The position numbers were made by a program, and so were the translations under genes. Positions 32,127 through 41,151 of a DNA stretch of 64,000 nt are shown piece after piece (within the stretch, counting starts at the first letter, position 1; each line of letters opens with the position of its first letter). Below the pieces are notes generated by a model that did not search any database, was not told the DNA's origin, and saw nothing but the letters and a program-made list of their open reading frames with translations. This DNA comes from Burkholderiales bacterium (GTDB lineage: Bacteria; Pseudomonadota; Gammaproteobacteria; Burkholderiales; Casimicrobiaceae), in the NCBI GenBank assembly GCA_020852555.1, contig JADZAQ010000200.1, forward strand, positions 3,929 to 67,928, in the 5' to 3' direction.

Positions 32127-33161
32127 TCAGCGAAGCGCAAACGGCGGATAGTCGACCACTTCGCCGCGCACATGGCGCGCCAGAAGGCGAGCCTGCACCA
32201 GTGGCGCCAAGCCGAGTGGCACGCTTTCCGCGAACAGCGGGTGAACCAGCGACTCCTGCTTGCGCTCCTGGAAGGCTAGCACCACTGTCTTGCGTGCGTC
32301 GGCCGTCAGCATCACGGCACCGCCTTCGCGTTCGTCGAATGCGAATGCCTCCGCTGTCACTTGGAGCCGGTTGATCAACGTCAGTGCCAGCCGGTCGGCG
32401 AGGGGTCTGAACTCCTCCATCAGATCGAGCGCCAGCGCCGCCCGTCCTGGTCGAAGCACATGCAGATAGCCGACTTGCGGGTCGAGGCCCGCGGCCTCGC
32501 ATGCGCTGCGGCAATCGTTCATCCACATCGAGTACAGGAACGACAGCAGCGCATTCATGCGGTCGCGCGGCGGTCGGCGGCTGCGGCCCGCCATGCGGAA
32601 CTGTGCGCGTAGATCGGGTCGCAGGATGTGGCTCAGCACCGCGAAGTATCCGCGCGCCGCCTCACCCTCCACCCCGCGTACGGCGTCCAGCGTCGCAGCG
32701 GCGGGAAGCGCACGCCGGCTGGCGGCGAGGTCCTGAGCAGCCCGGGTCAGTATGCGCTGGTCGGCCTCGTCTTTGGCATCGCGCGCGCCGCGCAACAGCA
32801 CGTAGCGCTGGTTACGCAATTTGCCGGCGACAATACGCCGGCCCAACATCAGAGCGAAACCGTCGTCCTGGCTGGTGACATGTTGGGCACGCCGCAGCAG
32901 AACGTTGCCTGACGTGGCGCCTTCCAGCCGCGCCTTGAAACGGCCGCTCGCGTCCAGCAGCACGAGCGCGGTGCCTTCGTCGGCCAGCCGGTGCATCAGC
33001 GGGACGCTCACGCTCACCGGACCGAAGCACACCACCGAACCCAGGTGATGCAGCGGCACGCGCAACCGCGTCTCTTCACCCACCAGCAGGCGCAGCGCGT
33101 CGTTGTCCAGCCGCAGGTGGCTGTCCGGCAGGGTCACGTACAGAGTGTTGAGCAACTGCAT
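32127..33161 (-). CDS. cas1: Type I-C CRISPR-associated endonuclease Cas1
   Basis: [50 protein letters not shown]. Confidence 0.96.
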   Translation of the reverse strand: MQLLNTLYVTLPDSHLRLDNDALRLLVGEETRLRVPLHHLGSVVCFGPVSVSVPLMHRLADEGTALVLLDASGRFKARLEGATSGNVLLRRAQHVTSQDDGFALMLGRRIVAGKLRNQRYVLLRGARDAKDEADQRILTRAAQDLAASRRALPAAATLDAVRGVEGEAARGYFAVLSHILRPDLRAQFRMAGRSRRPPRDRMNALLSFLYSMWMNDCRSACEAAGLDPQVGYLHVLRPGRAALALDLMEEFRPLADRLALTLINRLQVTAEAFAFDEREGGAVMLTADARKTVVLAFQERKQESLVHPLFAESVPLGLAPLVQARLLARHVRGEVVDYPPFALR

Positions 33162-33163
33162 GC

Positions 33164-33805
33164 TCAAGGTTCGCCGACGGGATCGAACAGGTCGTCACCG
33201 CTTGCCGCACCATCCGCGATGCGCGTCAGCGCCTCGACCTGGCAGCGCTCGCGAAGCGAGCAGCCCCGGCAGCGCCGCGAGTCCGAAGTGGGTGGCGGCA
33301 GTCGGCCTGTCGCCAGCATCGCGCGCACCTCGGCGGAGGTATCGGCCACTCGCTGCAGCAGCGCGGCATGCATGGCCACCACGCGCCTGCGCTTGCTGCT
33401 GGCGTAGAACAACGCCCCTTCGGGCACCGCGCGGCCGACCATCTCCTTCAGGCACAGCGCCTGCGCGGCGAGCTGCAGGTCGTCACAGGCGGCGATGTCC
33501 GCGGCTTTGTGGCGACTGCCGTGCTTGTACTCCACCGGATAGGGTGTGCCGTCCGCTTCGAACTCCACCGTGTCGGCCTTGCCCACCAATCCGAGCTGGT
33601 CGCTGAACAATGGCAACGCCCGCTCCACGCGCAGGCCGCGCCGTACCTCGAATCCCGGCCGGTCCACCGCCGCGTGCACAGCGTTGCCGCGCAATGTGTG
33701 CAGGTTGTCGTCGAACGCCTGCTCCAGATGGATCAGGCCGCACTGACGCGGGCAGTAGGCCCAGTGTTGCAGGGCCGAAATGGGCAGAAGCTCGTCGTCC
33801 GTCAC
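33164..33805 (-). CDS. cas4: CRISPR-associated exonuclease Cas4
   Basis: ISALQHWAYCPRQ, GKAD, VEYKHG, C-terminal CxxCSLxxxC. Confidence 0.94.
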   Translation of the reverse strand: MTDDELLPISALQHWAYCPRQCGLIHLEQAFDDNLHTLRGNAVHAAVDRPGFEVRRGLRVERALPLFSDQLGLVGKADTVEFEADGTPYPVEYKHGSRHKAADIAACDDLQLAAQALCLKEMVGRAVPEGALFYASSKRRRVVAMHAALLQRVADTSAEVRAMLATGRLPPPTSDSRRCRGCSLRERCQVEALTRIADGAASGDDLFDPVGEP

Positions 33806-34167
33806 GCGGCAGGCAGCCGCCTGCGGCGCAGAGCCCGGCCCGAAACGACGACCAGATGGCCCTCGATCCAGTCGGCCAGCGGCAGCAGATCCAGCACGAT
33901 CCGCGCCGGCCAGTCCGGCGCGTACGCCGCTTGCCGAAGGTAGACGATAGCCGGCGGGGGCGGCACGGTGCGCGCGAAGACGAGTTCGCCGTAATCGCGA
34001 TCGAAGGTCAACACCCAGCGGCCCTCGGCAGCGGCGTGGCGCAACACGTCGGTATCCGTGGCACGAGGCATCCGTTCGGCCACCGCCTGTACGTCAAGGC
34101 CCGCCGCGCGCAACGCCAGCAGGGCCGGGCGCGGCCAGTTCTCGTTGGCCAGCAGCCGCACGCTCAC
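33802..34167 (-). CDS. DUF5615 family PIN-like protein (putative toxin)
   Basis: LLANENWP, TDTDVL, VLTFDRDYGEL. Confidence 0.82.
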   Translation of the reverse strand: MSVRLLANENWPRPALLALRAAGLDVQAVAERMPRATDTDVLRHAAAEGRWVLTFDRDYGELVFARTVPPPPAIVYLRQAAYAPDWPARIVLDLLPLADWIEGHLVVVSGRALRRRRLPAA

Positions 34168-34403
34168 GTGGCGGGGTTGTCCAATAGCATGTAGGACTCC
34201 TCGCGCATCTTCTCGGCGGCGAAGGCCAGCGCGGCAAGGATGTCATCGCGCGTGAGCTGTGGGTATGCGTCCAGCAGAGCTTCGTGCGTCCAGCCTTGGG
34301 CTAGCCAGCCGAGGATCAACTCCACCGACAGGCGGGTGCCCTTGACGGCAGGCTTGCCCACGAGGATTTCGGGGTCGCAGACGATGCGCTCGCGCCAATC
34401 CAT
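34164..34403 (-). CDS. DUF433 family protein (putative antitoxin)
   Basis: DPEILVGKPAVKGTRLSVELIL..YPQLT..DILAAL; GGAGGT RBS. Confidence 0.88.
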   Translation of the reverse strand: MDWRERIVCDPEILVGKPAVKGTRLSVELILGWLAQGWTHEALLDAYPQLTRDDILAALAFAAEKMREESYMLLDNPAT

Positions 34404-34405
34404 GT

Positions 34406-35677
34406 TCAGCACCTCCGGGTGAGGGTGACCCCCTGAGCCGCTGCGACGCTTTCTCCGATAGCGAGAGCGCGGCCGTCGAATGCCACCGAGTATGCGCCGA
34501 AGTCGCGTGCCGGTGCCGCCGCATCGCCCGCTCGCGCGATGGTGAGACGGTCGAACAAGGCATGCGCATGCGCGTTGCCCAGCTCGCCGTCATGCTCGAA
34601 AACGTACAGGCCCCGCGTGCTCATCTGGCCACGCGCGGCGCTGCGGTCGTGCTCGAACATCTGTCCGAGAGCCTGCCACAGAAGGGCGAGGTCGGCGTCG
34701 GATTGGCTGTGGTGCTCGACGATCGCTTCACGCCCGAAAATGGCCGCCAGTACGTCGGCGGTCTGTTCGACGATGCTGGTGTAGGGAATGGCGACGATGA
34801 CGCGCGCGAGCCGGTGCGCCGCCGCGTGCCGCAGCGCGAAAGCGAGCGAGGCGAGTGTCTTGCCGCCCCCGGTGGGCACCTGCAAGCTGAAGACCCCTTG
34901 CGGCTGCGCGGCTGCTGCTCGGCAGTCCGCGAGTACCTGCGCTCGGGCGCGCATCACGGGTTCGTCCGCGCGACCCGCGGCATGCACTCGCGCGGCCAAT
35001 CCATCCATGTGCGCGTCCAGCTGCGCCAGATACTTGGCCAGCGGCGCGAAGCCCGCGCGGCGCTCAGCCTGGCTGCGATTCAGGTAGGCTTCGGTATCGA
35101 GAAAGTCCGCGTCCACGAGGGCCGAGAACAGCATGCGCAGCCAGAGTGCCTGTGCCAGCGGCTCGCCCTCGCGAAGACCTGGGATGCCGAACAGCATCGA
35201 ACTCGCGTCCAGCTCTTCGGGGAGCGCGAGCAGCGCCGATTCGTGTTCGGTGCAAGCACGTGCCGCCTCGCGATGCTCACGTTCGCTGTCGCTCCTGCCG
35301 CTGCCGAGCAACCGGTCCTTTAAATCGGCCGCGTCGTAAAGGCCGGCGTGGTGGGCGGCGATCAGGTGCGCCAGCAGCCAACCCGCACGCCGCCCAGCTT
35401 CGCCGAAGCGCTGCTTCAGTTCCTGCAGAGCGTGCACCGCGCCGGCGGCCGAGTGCGTCTTGTCCCGCTGGCCGACACCGCGGCCCTCGATGTGTGCGTT
35501 CTCGTCCGTGCGGATGTAGCGCTGGAATCCCGGACGGAACTTGCCAAGGTCGTGCCACAGGCCGGCTTGGTGCGCCCAGAGTTGCGAACCGGTCGGCGCG
35601 CATCTGGCCGCCCTTTCGGCCACCGCCCGCAGGTGGTCGGTCAGGCCGTGGTCAGGTCCATGGGCAACGTAGCGCAT
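34406..35677 (-). CDS. In-frame fusion of Cas3 N-terminus (HD nuclease + helicase motifs I/Ia) to type I-C Cas7/Csd2 C-terminus
   Basis: WHDLGK, HHAGL, LVDADFLDT, PTGGGKT, IPYTSIVEQ, EHHS, then DLALLWQAL..MFEHDRSAARGQM..GNAHAHALF; no DEAH. Confidence 0.85.
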   Translation of the reverse strand: MRYVAHGPDHGLTDHLRAVAERAARCAPTGSQLWAHQAGLWHDLGKFRPGFQRYIRTDENAHIEGRGVGQRDKTHSAAGAVHALQELKQRFGEAGRRAGWLLAHLIAAHHAGLYDAADLKDRLLGSGRSDSEREHREAARACTEHESALLALPEELDASSMLFGIPGLREGEPLAQALWLRMLFSALVDADFLDTEAYLNRSQAERRAGFAPLAKYLAQLDAHMDGLAARVHAAGRADEPVMRARAQVLADCRAAAAQPQGVFSLQVPTGGGKTLASLAFALRHAAAHRLARVIVAIPYTSIVEQTADVLAAIFGREAIVEHHSQSDADLALLWQALGQMFEHDRSAARGQMSTRGLYVFEHDGELGNAHAHALFDRLTIARAGDAAAPARDFGAYSVAFDGRALAIGESVAAAQGVTLTRRC

Positions 35678-35805
35678 CGGCGCATTCTACGGACTCCACT
35701 GGCTCGCGGGAGGGCACTGCAAGTGCATCGGATTCGCGTAGTACCGCGTGGTTGGCGCTCTGGGCAGTGGACTCGATCCACGGCTGCGGCATCGGCAGTC
35801 GGGCA

Positions 35806-36093
35806 TTGAATCCCGACGAGACCGCCTTCTACGACGCGCTCGCTGCCAACGAGGCGGCGGTGCGGGAGCTGGGCGACGCCACGCTGAAGAAGATCGCGGT
35901 GGAGCTGACCATGAGCCTGCGCAAGTCCGTCACCGTCGACTGGGCGAAGCGCGAGACGGTGCGCGCGAAGCTGCGGGTGATGGTGAGGACGCTGCTGCGC
36001 CGCTGCCGCTATCCGCCGGACCGGCAGGAGGAGGCCACCGAAACCGTGCTGCGGCAGGCGGAGACGCTGTCGGCAGAGTGGGTGCCGGCGTAG
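35806..36093 (+). pseudogene. hsdR: Type I restriction enzyme R subunit C-terminal fragment (DUF3387-like)
   Basis: ETAFYDAL, VTVDWAKRETVRAKLR, YPPD.QEEA.ETVL.QAE. Confidence 0.82.
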
Positions 36094-36146
36094 ACGCCCA
36101 TCACGCGCATCGCGTACGCTGCGTCGCCGACATCACCGCGCTCGCC

Positions 36147-36247
36147 AGGGCCGGCGCGCGGCCGGCGCAGCGAAGTCAAGGAGGAGCGGCGGGTGTAGCC
36201 CGCCGCGGGGGACATGAGCGGAGGCGGCCGCGCGCCGGCCCTCACGC
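36147..36247. repeat. ~100-bp palindromic-ended repeat (right copy)
   Basis: Reverse-complement match to 30166-30270. Confidence 0.8.
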
Positions 36248-36288
36248 AGACAGGAAGGCCCCGCATCGCTGCAGGGCCAGACAGAAGT

Positions 36289-36365
36289 TGGTAGCGAGCG
36301 AGGGACTCGAACCCCCGACCAAAGGATTATGATTCCTCTGCTCTAACCAGCTGAGCTAGCTCGCC
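36289..36365 (-). tRNA. tRNA with CAT anticodon (probably elongator tRNA-Met; Ile2 not excluded)
   Basis: GGCGAGCTAGCTCAGCTGGTTAGAGC..GGAATCATAATCC..GGTTCGAGTCC..ACCA, 77 nt, paired G1. Confidence 0.93.
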
Positions 36366-36454
36366 AGAACCCGTAATTTTGGCAGGCTTCGCAAGCCGCG
36401 TCCAGACCTACCCATCGACCGGCACCGCGAGCCCCGCCATCGGAGGTCACCGGC

Positions 36455-38161
36455 ATGGACACCCCGCACCATCGCTTCATCCGCGCCCGCGATTTCCTGC
36501 TCGCGCAGCGCACCGACTGGGCCACCGCCGCCCGCGACTTCCGCTGGCCCGAGCTCACCCGCTTCAACTGGGCGCTCGATCACTTCGACGTCATGGCGAA
36601 GGACAACGATCGTCCGGCGCTCCTGATCGTCGGCGAGGACGGCAGCGAGCACCGGCAGACCTTTCGCGAGCTCGCGGCGCGCTCGGCGCAGGTCGCGAAT
36701 CACCTGCGCAGCCTCGGTGTGGCGCGCGGCGACCGGATCCTCCTCATGCTCGGCAACGAGCCCGCACTGTGGGAGACGATGCTCGCCGCGATGAAGTTGG
36801 GCGCGGTGGTGATCCCGGCAACCGCGCTCCTCACCCCCGACGACCTGCGCGATCGCATCGAGCGCGGGCGGGTGCGGCACGTCGTCGCCGCCAACGCGCA
36901 CCTCCCGAAGTTCGCCGGCGTTGAAGGAAGCTACACGCGCATCTGCTCGGGCGCCGCGCAAGCGGGGTGGGTGAGCCACGGCGCCGCCGACGCGTTCCCC
37001 GCTGCCTTCACGCCCGACGGCGACACCCAGGCGACCGATCCCATGCTCCTCTACTTCACGTCGGGGACGACGTCGAAGCCCAAGCTCGTCCTGCACACGC
37101 ACCAGAGCTATCCCGTCGGCCATCTGTCGACGATGTACTGGCTCGGCATCACCCCCGGCGACATCCACCTCAACATTTCCTCGCCCGGCTGGGCCAAGCA
37201 CTCGTGGAGCTGCGTGTTCGCGCCGTGGAACGCCGGCGCCTGTGTCTTCATCTACAACTCGGCGCGCTTCGACGCGAAGGGACTGCTCGCCGCCGTCGCA
37301 CGCTGCGGCGTCACCACCTTGTGCGCGCCACCCACCGTGTGGCGGCTGCTCATCCAGGAGGATCTCGCCGCGCACCGTGGAGGCCTCGCGCTGCGCGAGC
37401 TTGCGAGTGCCGGCGAGCCGCTCAATCCCGAGGTCATCGAGCAGGTGCGGTCGGCATGGGGCATCACCATCCGCGACGGTTACGGCCAGACCGAGACGAC
37501 CGCGCTCCTCGGCAATCCGCCGGGGCAGCCGTTGAAGCCCGGATCGATGGGCCGCGCGCTGCCGGGATATCGCGTCGTGCTGCTCGATATCGACGGCCAT
37601 CCGGCCGACGAAGGCGAGGTCTGCCTCGAGCTCGATCCGCGGCCGACCGGGCTCATGGCGGGCTACGAGGACAGCGCGGAAGGCACCGCGCGCGCGATGC
37701 GCGACGGGCGCTATCACACCGGCGATACCGCCACGCGCGATGCCGATGGCTACGTCACCTTCGTCGGTCGCGCCGACGACGTGTTCAAGGCCTCCGACTA
37801 CCGGATCAGCCCCTTCGAGCTCGAGAGCGCGCTCATCGAACACGTGGCGGTCACCGAGGTCGCGATCGTTCCGAGCCCCGATCCGCTGCGCCTGACCGTG
37901 CCGAAGGCGTTCGTCACCGTCACCGCGCAGAGCGTGCCCGGCCGCGAGCTGGCACAGGACATCTTCACCTTCGCGCGGCGGCAACTCGCCCCCTACAAGC
38001 GCGTTCGCCGGCTCGAGTTCGTCGTCGAGTTGCCGAAGACGCTCTCGGGAAAGATCCGCCGCGTCGAGCTGCGCCAGGCCGAAGCCGCGCGCCGCGAGCG
38101 CGGCGAGCGTGCCGACCTCGAATTTTTCGAGGAGGACTTTCCCGACTTGAAGCGCGAGTAG
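36455..38161 (+). CDS. AMP-binding acyl-CoA synthetase (short/medium chain)
   Basis: YFTSGTTSKPK, DGYGQTE, TGD, GRADD, PKTLSGKI. Confidence 0.9.
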   Translation: MDTPHHRFIRARDFLLAQRTDWATAARDFRWPELTRFNWALDHFDVMAKDNDRPALLIVGEDGSEHRQTFRELAARSAQVANHLRSLGVARGDRILLMLGNEPALWETMLAAMKLGAVVIPATALLTPDDLRDRIERGRVRHVVAANAHLPKFAGVEGSYTRICSGAAQAGWVSHGAADAFPAAFTPDGDTQATDPMLLYFTSGTTSKPKLVLHTHQSYPVGHLSTMYWLGITPGDIHLNISSPGWAKHSWSCVFAPWNAGACVFIYNSARFDAKGLLAAVARCGVTTLCAPPTVWRLLIQEDLAAHRGGLALRELASAGEPLNPEVIEQVRSAWGITIRDGYGQTETTALLGNPPGQPLKPGSMGRALPGYRVVLLDIDGHPADEGEVCLELDPRPTGLMAGYEDSAEGTARAMRDGRYHTGDTATRDADGYVTFVGRADDVFKASDYRISPFELESALIEHVAVTEVAIVPSPDPLRLTVPKAFVTVTAQSVPGRELAQDIFTFARRQLAPYKRVRRLEFVVELPKTLSGKIRRVELRQAEAARRERGERADLEFFEEDFPDLKRE

Positions 38162-38175
38162 GCGCGCCTGACGCC

Positions 38176-39120
38176 GTGCCCGCCACCACCCCCGTGGATC
38201 CCGCCATCACGATCGGCGCCGTCGAGCGCGAAACGGGGCTGTCCAAGGACGTGCTGCGCATGTGGGAGCGCCGCTACGGCTTCCCGCGGCCGCTGCGTGA
38301 CGGCAACGGCGAACGCGCCTACGACGTCGCCGACGTCGCGAAGCTGCGCGTCATCAAGCGGCTGATGGATACCGGCGTACGCCCCGGCAAGATCATCGGA
38401 CTCGACGCGTACGCGCTCGACGCGCTGGCCGAGGCGCGGACGCCGGCGCGCCAGGAATCGGCGGCGACCTCACTCGAGCGCGACGTCCTCCACAAGTTGC
38501 GCACGCACGATGTCGCCGGGCTGGCAACGCTCCTCGCCACGCTGCTCCTGCGCCAGGGCGTGCAGCGCTTCGTGCAGGCGACGGTGGCGCCGCTCAATCG
38601 GGCGGTCGGCGACGCCTGGATGCGCGGCGAGCTCGCGGTCTTCGAGGAACACCTGTACACCGAGCAGGTGCAGCTGACGCTGCGCGGTGCGATTCACGGT
38701 CTGGCCCGCCACGACGGCAGCCCACGGCTCTTGCTCACCACGCTCCCCGGCGAGCCGCACGCGCTCGGCTTGCTGATGGTGGAGGCGCTGGTGGCGCCCG
38801 AGGGTGCGCGGTGCGTCTCGCTCGGTCCGCAGACACCGATCGGCGACATTCGCGCCGCGGCGCTCGCGCATCGCGTGCAGATCGTGGCGCTGTCGTTCTC
38901 GGCCGGCTTTCCGCTGCGTCAGGCGAGCGAAGGGCTTACCCGCCTGCGCGCGCAGTTGCCGCCACGGCTCGCGCTGTGGGCCGGCGGTGCGCTCACGCAG
39001 CGCCTGCGCAGGGTACCGGCCGGGGTGACGCTCCTGCCCGATCTCGACGCCGCCCTTGACGCCCTGCGCGACCCCCGCGCGCACGGCGGCGTCGCGGACG
39101 CTTCCGGGCTCGCGCCTTGA
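38176..39120 (+). CDS. MerR-family regulator with cobalamin-binding domain (CarH/LitR-like)
   Basis: LRMWERRYG HTH; W-x9-EH (WMRGELAVFEEH) and GEPHALG motifs; start approximate. Confidence 0.82.
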   Translation: MPATTPVDPAITIGAVERETGLSKDVLRMWERRYGFPRPLRDGNGERAYDVADVAKLRVIKRLMDTGVRPGKIIGLDAYALDALAEARTPARQESAATSLERDVLHKLRTHDVAGLATLLATLLLRQGVQRFVQATVAPLNRAVGDAWMRGELAVFEEHLYTEQVQLTLRGAIHGLARHDGSPRLLLTTLPGEPHALGLLMVEALVAPEGARCVSLGPQTPIGDIRAAALAHRVQIVALSFSAGFPLRQASEGLTRLRAQLPPRLALWAGGALTQRLRRVPAGVTLLPDLDAALDALRDPRAHGGVADASGLAP

Positions 39121-39178
39121 ACTGCGCCCCAATCGACTCCGTCGCATCCGCGAAAGCAAGCCCGACAGAGTGCTAGGC

Positions 39179-40120
39179 ATGTGGGTCGCCATCTTCTTCG
39201 CCACGGCCCTGGGCATCGGAACGCTCGCGTATGTGGCCTGGGCAGCACGTGCCGTGGAGCATGGCGCCGCGTGGTGGCCGTTCGTCGTGGGCTATCCCTT
39301 CGCGTACCTCGCCTTTCCGCTCTTCGTCACGGTGCTGTGGATGTATTTCGGCCGGCGCTGGCGCAGCGCGCGGCCGGCCGCACTGGAGCTCGATCTCATG
39401 GGCCGCGTGCGGCTGTTCTGCCACGAGTTCGCGAGCCTCGCGCGGGCGCCGAAGATGGCTCTGTATGCGTGGCTGATGCCCGATCCGCCGCCGGCACCCG
39501 CCGCCTTGCCGGTCCTCCTGCTGCACGGCGTCGGCTGCAACGCGGCGGTGTGGACCACGCTGCGGCGGCACCTCGATGCGCAGGGGTTGGGGCCCGTCTA
39601 CGCGCTGTCGTACGGCCCGCCGTTCGCGGCGATCGAGACGTTCGCCGTGCAGGTGGCAGCGAAGATCGCAGCGATCGAGCGCGCCACGGGTGCAACACAG
39701 GTGGTGATCGTCGCGCACAGCATGGGCGGGCTCGTCGCGCGCGCGTACCTGCGCGCCTACGGTCCGGCGCACGTGCGCCGGCTGGTCTCGATCGGCACCC
39801 CCTACGCGGGGAGCCGTCACGCCTGGCTCATGAGCGGCAAACCGCTGGCACAGATGCGCCCGGGCAGCGCCTACCTCCACAGGCTGGCAACGCCCGATGC
39901 CAGCGAGCGCGCGGTGCCGATGGTGTCGATCTGGTCGTGGCACGACTCGATGGTCACGCCGCAGACCTCGTCCCGGCTGGGTCCCGACGACATCGTGCTC
40001 TCGGGCATCGCGCACAACGCGCTTCTCGGCGATCCGCAGGTGCTCGCGATCGTCGCGGAGCAGATACGGCGGGCGCGCGGCGACGGTCCCGCCACGACGG
40101 AGGCGGTGGGCGCTGGGTGA
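39179..40120 (+). CDS. Membrane-anchored alpha/beta hydrolase (lipase/esterase)
   Basis: Two N-terminal TM segments, LLHG, AHSMGG, GTP, D and H triad residues. Confidence 0.8.
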   Translation: MWVAIFFATALGIGTLAYVAWAARAVEHGAAWWPFVVGYPFAYLAFPLFVTVLWMYFGRRWRSARPAALELDLMGRVRLFCHEFASLARAPKMALYAWLMPDPPPAPAALPVLLLHGVGCNAAVWTTLRRHLDAQGLGPVYALSYGPPFAAIETFAVQVAAKIAAIERATGATQVVIVAHSMGGLVARAYLRAYGPAHVRRLVSIGTPYAGSRHAWLMSGKPLAQMRPGSAYLHRLATPDASERAVPMVSIWSWHDSMVTPQTSSRLGPDDIVLSGIAHNALLGDPQVLAIVAEQIRRARGDGPATTEAVGAG

Positions 40121-40248
40121 CGCGCATGATGCATGCGGCGTCGGCGCCGAGGTGCATCATGTTCCGGCCGTCGAGCGTCTGCGCGTGATTGGCGGGCTTG
40201 AGGGCCGGCTGCTACAGTTGCCCGCAGCGACCCGACAGAAGAGCCCGG

Positions 40249-41151
40249 ATGTCTTTGCTGGTCACGCTTTGGCCTCTTTTCGCGCTGATTGTCGGCGGAT
40301 ACCTGGCACGCAGGGCAGGCTTTCCCAACGAAGGATTCTGGCCGGGCGCGGAGCGCTTCAACTACTTCGTCCTGTTCCCCGCTTTGTTGATCCGGAGTCT
40401 CATAAGCGCGCCGCTCGACAACCCTGCGTTGCCGCGCCTCGCGCTCTGCGCCGTGCTTGCCATGGCCATCCTGTGGGTCGTGCTGCTGGGCCTTCGTCGG
40501 CTCTTTCGATGGCGGCCAGATCGATTCGGCGTCATCGCGCAGGGCACGCTCCGCTTCAACACGTACATCGGACTTGCCGCGGTCGCGGGTGCGTTCGGAA
40601 CCGACGGCCTGACGTTGGCGGCATTGCTGTTGGCGGCGCTGGTGCCCATTGTCAACGTCCTGTCCATCCTTGCCTTCACGTCGGGCCAACACCTCCGGCC
40701 CAAGGACCTCGCCCTGGCATTGCTGAAGAACCCGCTGGTCATGGCCTGCCTCATCGGCGTATCGGCGAACCTGGCGGGCCTCGAACTCGTCGCGGGGACG
40801 GATGGATTGTTCTCGTTCCTGGCGGCGACGAGCCTCCCGTTGGGATTGCTCTGCGTCGGAGCCGCGCTTCGTTTCGACGAACTCGCGGGAGAAACGCGGG
40901 CCATGCTCTTGAACAGCGTTTGTCGGCTGCTCGTCGTGCCTTGCGTCGCCTACGCGATGGCGCGGATGGTCGGGCTTCCCGCGATCGAGACCACGCTTCT
41001 CGTGGTGTTCTTCGCGCTGCCGTGCGCGCCCACCGCCTATGTACTGGCCCGACAGCTCGGGGGCGACGCCCACCTGATGGCAGGGATCGTCACGCTGCAG
41101 ACGCTTCTTTCTGCCCTGACATTGCCGCTCGTGCTTCAGTTGTTGCGGTAA
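40249..41151 (+). CDS. AEC family transporter
   Basis: YFVLFPALL, RFNTYIGL, NPLV, PLGLLCVGA, AYVLARQLGGD. Confidence 0.85.
   Translation: MSLLVTLWPLFALIVGGYLARRAGFPNEGFWPGAERFNYFVLFPALLIRSLISAPLDNPALPRLALCAVLAMAILWVVLLGLRRLFRWRPDRFGVIAQGTLRFNTYIGLAAVAGAFGTDGLTLAALLLAALVPIVNVLSILAFTSGQHLRPKDLALALLKNPLVMACLIGVSANLAGLELVAGTDGLFSFLAATSLPLGLLCVGAALRFDELAGETRAMLLNSVCRLLVVPCVAYAMARMVGLPAIETTLLVVFFALPCAPTAYVLARQLGGDAHLMAGIVTLQTLLSALTLPLVLQLLR

Larger units (their letters stand above)
30166..36280. mobile_element. Decayed defence island adjacent to the tRNA 3' end
   Basis: R-M, IS and CRISPR-Cas fragments bounded by paired repeats next to a tRNA; no integrase seen. Confidence 0.6.

Noticed and set aside
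32336-32348. 6-nt tandem duplication in cas1 (AF-AF) as an inactivating lesion
   Set aside because: In frame and downstream of the catalytic residues; no evidence of loss of function.
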